Part shown: piece after piece, positions 35,862 through 39,910 of the stretch | How the letters are laid out: each line of letters starts with the position of its first letter | How positions within the stretch are numbered: the first letter of the stretch is position 1 | Made by a program: the position numbers and the translations under genes | Notes under the pieces: model-generated | What the model was told of the DNA's origin: nothing | Databases searched by the model: none | Seen by the model: only the letters and a program-made list of their open reading frames with translations | Origin: a virus | Taxonomy: Duplodnaviria > Caudoviricetes | DNA length: 39,910 nt | Reading direction: 5' to 3' (one strand) | Virus record (IMG/VR): IMGVR_UViG_3300037461_000170 | Coordinates: 1-39,910 of that record

Positions 35862-37697
35862 ATGTACGCGCTGCCGACCGATCGGGCGACGACGTGGCGG
35901 CCTGGGCTCACGCATAACGGAGGCTTTCCGCATGCGTCGTGGCCGCTGCGGTCGGTGCTGTCGTGGGCTAGTGGCGATCAGGTGTCGCGCATTCAGTCCG
36001 AGATAGACGCGGCACATTCGGCGTATCCGAACGGCGTTATCGTGCGTCTTGCGGCAGGGACGTGGAATCTAAACGGCGGTGATCTGTCGATCCCGTCGAA
36101 TACGGTCTTGCGCGGCGCAGGTCTTTCGGGTGGCGCGCAGTCCACGATCCTGACCTGTACCAACGGGGCGACGGACAACAGCTACCAGCCTGGGGCGCGT
36201 GGTTACACGCCGCTGATTACGGTCGGCACGGGCGGCAGTTACGGCACCAGCGTTGCGTTGTCGTCCAATGCGAGCAAGGGTGCAGAATCGGTCGTGGTGG
36301 CGTCGGCGTCGGGCTTGTCCGTCGGGCAGTACGTGCTGATCGACGAGTTATCAGGCGCCGGCTGGCAGACGGACCCGCAGGGGCTTGGGCAGATTTGGGC
36401 TAACGCTGACTTTAGCGTGGTGTGGCAGCGCCATAATCCGGGGCTTGCTACGGACGATCCGTACCCGGATGCCTGGTCATGGTTTTGTCGTGACGATCGC
36501 CCGCAGAACGAGATCAAGAAGATTTCCAACGTTTCGGGGACCACGATCACGTTCGACTCGCCGTTGCACAAGGGCTACACGACGGCGCGCACTGCGCAGT
36601 TGACGCCCTATAGCGGCATCGTCACGAATGCGGGCGTCGAGGATCTTGCGTGTTCGCATGGCAGTAACGGAAACATCAGGCTCACGGGCGCCGCGTATTG
36701 TTGGGTTGCGAGAGTCGATGCCTCGCATTGGCTGAACGAGAACATCTGTATTGACCATTCGTTCCGCTGCGAACTGCGTGACTCTTACCTGCACGATGCG
36801 TGCTGGCCCGTGCCAGGTGGTGGTGGATACGTCATTTCGATGGGATGGGCAACGTCCGAAGTGCTCATCGAAAACAATATCTCCTATTGGGCATGCAAAA
36901 ACATCGTCGCGCGCAGTGCGGGGACGGCGAGCGTCGTCGCGTACAACTACATGGACGTGGCGTTTGACGATGGTTTCGAGGACTGGCAAGAGGTTCATCT
37001 GAATGCCAGTCACATGGTCGGCCCTCATCATGTGCTGTTTGAGGGCAACTACGCGCCGAACGCGGACAGTGACAAGACGCATGGCAACGCGACTTACCAC
37101 ACGTTTTTCCGCAATCATTTGAGTGGAGTGAGAAAGGCGTATACGTCGTACAGCAACGTCTCGCACAACGATGCCACGCAAGGTGCCGGCATGCAACGAT
37201 GCGCCGGCATGGCAGCATTTAGCCGATACCATTCGTGGGTCGGTAACGTGCTCGGGCGTTCGGGGCAGATGTCGGGTTGGGGTTACGAGGACACCACAAA
37301 CTCTGGGATGGTCAGCGGGACCAATTCTATTTTCGTCTTTGGCTGGGACGACTGGTATTCGTCATACCCAACGGTGGACCCCGACGTGGACTTGTTGGCG
37401 ACCATCTTGCGCGATGGGAACTTCGACTATCTGACGAACTCGGTGCGCTGGCACGACGTTGGCGGATCTGGGGAGCAAACGACGCCGCCGGCCGATAGCG
37501 CGCTGCCCGACTCGCTGTATCTGTCGAGCAAGCCGAGTTTCTTTGGCTCGTACACATGGCCGTGGGTTGAGCCGACGGAGACGACGAAGCTATACACGCT
37601 GCCTGCCAAGCAGCGGTTTGAAGACGGCGATTATTTCGACATTCTCGACGCGACTGCATTGCCGGGTCCGACTAACGTGCGTTGGAGGCCGGCGTAA
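35862..37697 (+). CDS. Pectin-lyase-like beta-helix protein (putative polysaccharide depolymerase/adhesin)
   Basis: RIQSEID...VRLAAGTW...IPSNTVLRGAG start; beta-helix rungs (LIENNI, LFEGNY, FFRNH); C-terminal LPGPTNVRW. Confidence 0.75.
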   Translation: MYALPTDRATTWRPGLTHNGGFPHASWPLRSVLSWASGDQVSRIQSEIDAAHSAYPNGVIVRLAAGTWNLNGGDLSIPSNTVLRGAGLSGGAQSTILTCTNGATDNSYQPGARGYTPLITVGTGGSYGTSVALSSNASKGAESVVVASASGLSVGQYVLIDELSGAGWQTDPQGLGQIWANADFSVVWQRHNPGLATDDPYPDAWSWFCRDDRPQNEIKKISNVSGTTITFDSPLHKGYTTARTAQLTPYSGIVTNAGVEDLACSHGSNGNIRLTGAAYCWVARVDASHWLNENICIDHSFRCELRDSYLHDACWPVPGGGGYVISMGWATSEVLIENNISYWACKNIVARSAGTASVVAYNYMDVAFDDGFEDWQEVHLNASHMVGPHHVLFEGNYAPNADSDKTHGNATYHTFFRNHLSGVRKAYTSYSNVSHNDATQGAGMQRCAGMAAFSRYHSWVGNVLGRSGQMSGWGYEDTTNSGMVSGTNSIFVFGWDDWYSSYPTVDPDVDLLATILRDGNFDYLTNSVRWHDVGGSGEQTTPPADSALPDSLYLSSKPSFFGSYTWPWVEPTETTKLYTLPAKQRFEDGDYFDILDATALPGPTNVRWRPA

Positions 37698-38827
37698 TGG
37701 CGACTCGGGTAGGCAACTGGACGGTCTTTGAGGACGACGCGCCGGGAACTGCGACCGTCACGACCGCATCGCGCACGTCGACATCCGGCAACTTTATCGT
37801 TGTGTTCGTGAAGTGGGAAGACACCGGCACGACGCTGCACTCGACAACGCCGATTAGTGACTCGCGTAGCAATGGCGGATGGGTCAAGCTCGCAGAGGTC
37901 AACTATGGCGGCACTGGCGAGCCTCGCGGCGCGATGTTCTACTGTCCGAACATCACGGGCGGGTCGAGCCACACGATTAGTATTCAGTTCAGCAACACCA
38001 GCGCTGGGTACGTTCAAATTTTCGCTGAAGAATGGTCTGGGCTCGCAACGTCGTCGCCCGCCGATCAATCGGTGCAGACCAATACCGGCATCGGGACGCA
38101 GCCCTATGCTACAAGCGCGATCACCACGACGGAAGCGGGCGTCGTGTTCTTCGGGATTAGCGAATACAACGCGCTAAGTGCAATCAGCGGCACAGCGGGA
38201 GACCCGGATTTCACTATTTCGCTGACAGCAACGTCATCGTTCTTTGCGTACTACATTAGCGGTTCGGCGCAGACGATCACGCCCGGAGCGACAGCAACAG
38301 GCAATTCAACGTGGGTTGCCATTGCGCAGGCGTTCAAAGATGCCAGCGGAGTAACGAATACAGATCGTTCGCCCGGGGTCGGCTCATCGGTTTACGGTGG
38401 CCTCGCCCCGTTGGTCAATCCGCAGTTTGCCTCGCCGTCGGCCGATGCCAGCGACGGCAACTGGACGCCGAGCACCGGCACGGACCTGTACGCGGTCATT
38501 GACGAGACGCTGCGCAGCGATACGGACTATGCGCAGTCGGGCACGAACCCGTCGGGTGACGCGATGATTGTCAAGCTGGCGACGATCAACGATCCAGACA
38601 CGGACGCCGGCCTGCATCTGCAATGGGCGGCGGGCGCGATAGGGCAGACGGGGCAGGTGGTCGGCAGCATCCGGCAGGGCAACAGTCCCGGCACCGAGAT
38701 CGCGGCGTGGACGCACACGAACCTGCCCGTGGGGAGTTATCAGGAATTTGACGACGCGCTGACCTCGACCCAGGTGGGCAACATCACCGACTGGTCGGAC
38801 CTGTATCTGAAGATCGTCGCGAGCTAA
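37697..38827 (+). CDS. Two-domain Ser/Thr-rich fibre accessory protein
   Basis: GGAGG RBS and TAATG coupling; one GxAP unit (PGVGSSVYGGLAP) lies between two beta-rich domains. Confidence 0.6.
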   Translation: MATRVGNWTVFEDDAPGTATVTTASRTSTSGNFIVVFVKWEDTGTTLHSTTPISDSRSNGGWVKLAEVNYGGTGEPRGAMFYCPNITGGSSHTISIQFSNTSAGYVQIFAEEWSGLATSSPADQSVQTNTGIGTQPYATSAITTTEAGVVFFGISEYNALSAISGTAGDPDFTISLTATSSFFAYYISGSAQTITPGATATGNSTWVAIAQAFKDASGVTNTDRSPGVGSSVYGGLAPLVNPQFASPSADASDGNWTPSTGTDLYAVIDETLRSDTDYAQSGTNPSGDAMIVKLATINDPDTDAGLHLQWAAGAIGQTGQVVGSIRQGNSPGTEIAAWTHTNLPVGSYQEFDDALTSTQVGNITDWSDLYLKIVAS

Positions 38828-38831
38828 CGCC

Positions 38832-39910
38832 ATGGCCGGCACGCCGCTGATCGAATCCGGCGATTGCACGAACAGCGGCAACAACACGGCGAGCACGTCG
38901 TGGGCGATTGACCGGCCGGCGCAGGCGGCTGGCGATCTCATCATCTGCCATCTGGTCAGCGATGCGAACGTCACGCATGGCACGCTGCCCGCTGGGCCGA
39001 ATGGCGAGACGGCCGTCGTCATCGCGCAGCACATTGGCGATACCGGGACGGCGACGGTTCGCGTTTCGGTCTGGTACTGGGTAGCAACGGCATCGGCGTC
39101 GGCCGGGACGGTAACGGTCACGCCGAGCGCGACCGAACAGTGGACGGCAACGGTGGCGCGGGTGCCGGCGGGCGAGTTCAGTCCGTCAAGCCCGATCCAA
39201 CATAGCAACTATAACGAGGCGGCGACGACGGGGGCGCCGGATTGCCCCTCGTTCACGGCGACGGCGGCCAATGGACGGCCGGTGTTCTTTGCCGGGATCG
39301 ACGCGGATACCTGTACCGGCATCAATGCCACTTCGCCCAGTTGGACGCTAGCGGCGAATGTGGACCGTGGCGCGGTGACGGGCGTGCTCGCGGTGCGCGA
39401 TACGCTCTCGACGGCGAGCGAGGCGATTTCGTCGGGCGCGTTGACCGGCGTCGATGATGGGCGGGTGGCGGTCGGGTATCTCATCAATCCCGACATCAAC
39501 ACGAATTACGCGCCTGCGCCGGGGTCGATTGTTGTCTCCGGCTTTGCCCCGACGGCTAACAACGGCGAACGGTCGGTGCGCGTCACCTGGGCGCGGCTGG
39601 TCGTGCCCGATGCGGGCATCACGAACACGAACGTCGCCCCGGCCGCTGGAACCATCGTTGCCAGCGGGCAGGCGCCGACGATCCGGCGGGATCACATTTG
39701 CACGCCGGGGGCGGGAAGCATCGCGGCGCAGGGTTTCGCGCCCGTAGCGCAGCGCGCCGATAGCGTCTTTCCGGCAGCCGGCAGTATCGCGGCGGCGGGA
39801 CAGGCGCCCACGGCCAGCGTCACGGACGTGCGCAATATCTCGGTGGCGGCCGGGGCGATCGTTGCCACCGGCTACGCGCCGAACGCGGACCGCACGGACA
39901 ACCAGACGTG
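38832..39910 (+). CDS. Repeat-rich fibre backbone protein, N-terminal part (3'-partial; not in ORF track)
   Basis: ATG 38832 (MAGTPLIESGD...) is open to the window end. An N-terminal beta domain (AGDLIICHL) is followed by 5 GxAP repeats of the same type as in 1..1893. Confidence 0.8.
   Translation, partial: MAGTPLIESGDCTNSGNNTASTSWAIDRPAQAAGDLIICHLVSDANVTHGTLPAGPNGETAVVIAQHIGDTGTATVRVSVWYWVATASASAGTVTVTPSATEQWTATVARVPAGEFSPSSPIQHSNYNEAATTGAPDCPSFTATAANGRPVFFAGIDADTCTGINATSPSWTLAANVDRGAVTGVLAVRDTLSTASEAISSGALTGVDDGRVAVGYLINPDINTNYAPAPGSIVVSGFAPTANNGERSVRVTWARLVVPDAGITNTNVAPAAGTIVASGQAPTIRRDHICTPGAGSIAAQGFAPVAQRADSVFPAAGSIAAAGQAPTASVTDVRNISVAAGAIVATGYAPNADRTDNQT

Overview
The window is a near-complete, circularly permuted, high-GC, P22-like podovirus genome from a Gram-negative host, as shown by its embedded Rz/Rz1 spanins. 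The contig is broken inside a repeat-rich fibre gene that runs 38832->end and 1->1893. Gene order is terS-terL-portal, fibre cassette A, scaffold, P22-type coat, MTase, GT, adaptor, fibre cassette B, nozzle, ejection proteins, then a lysis cassette with an ART-like gene inserted. A leftward early operon follows (Sak, SSB-like, NinB, an array of mosaic mini-genes). After it come a divergent control region and a rightward operon (DUF1376-type replication protein with iterons, resolvase, Q-like gene). I recognised no integrase, CI repressor, polymerase, RT, tRNA or CRISPR. There are two main candidate novelties. (1) Two parallel 'plug-and-socket' fibre cassettes, each with a repeat-bearing backbone and a ~140-aa paralogous subunit. 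In cassette A, cargo proteins appear to dock by split-domain beta-strand complementation. Each cassette has methyltransferase/glycosyltransferase genes upstream. (2) A structured terminator/antiterminator RNA leader upstream of the replication gene in a phage with no visible repressor. All family assignments come from motif recognition by eye; no searches were run.
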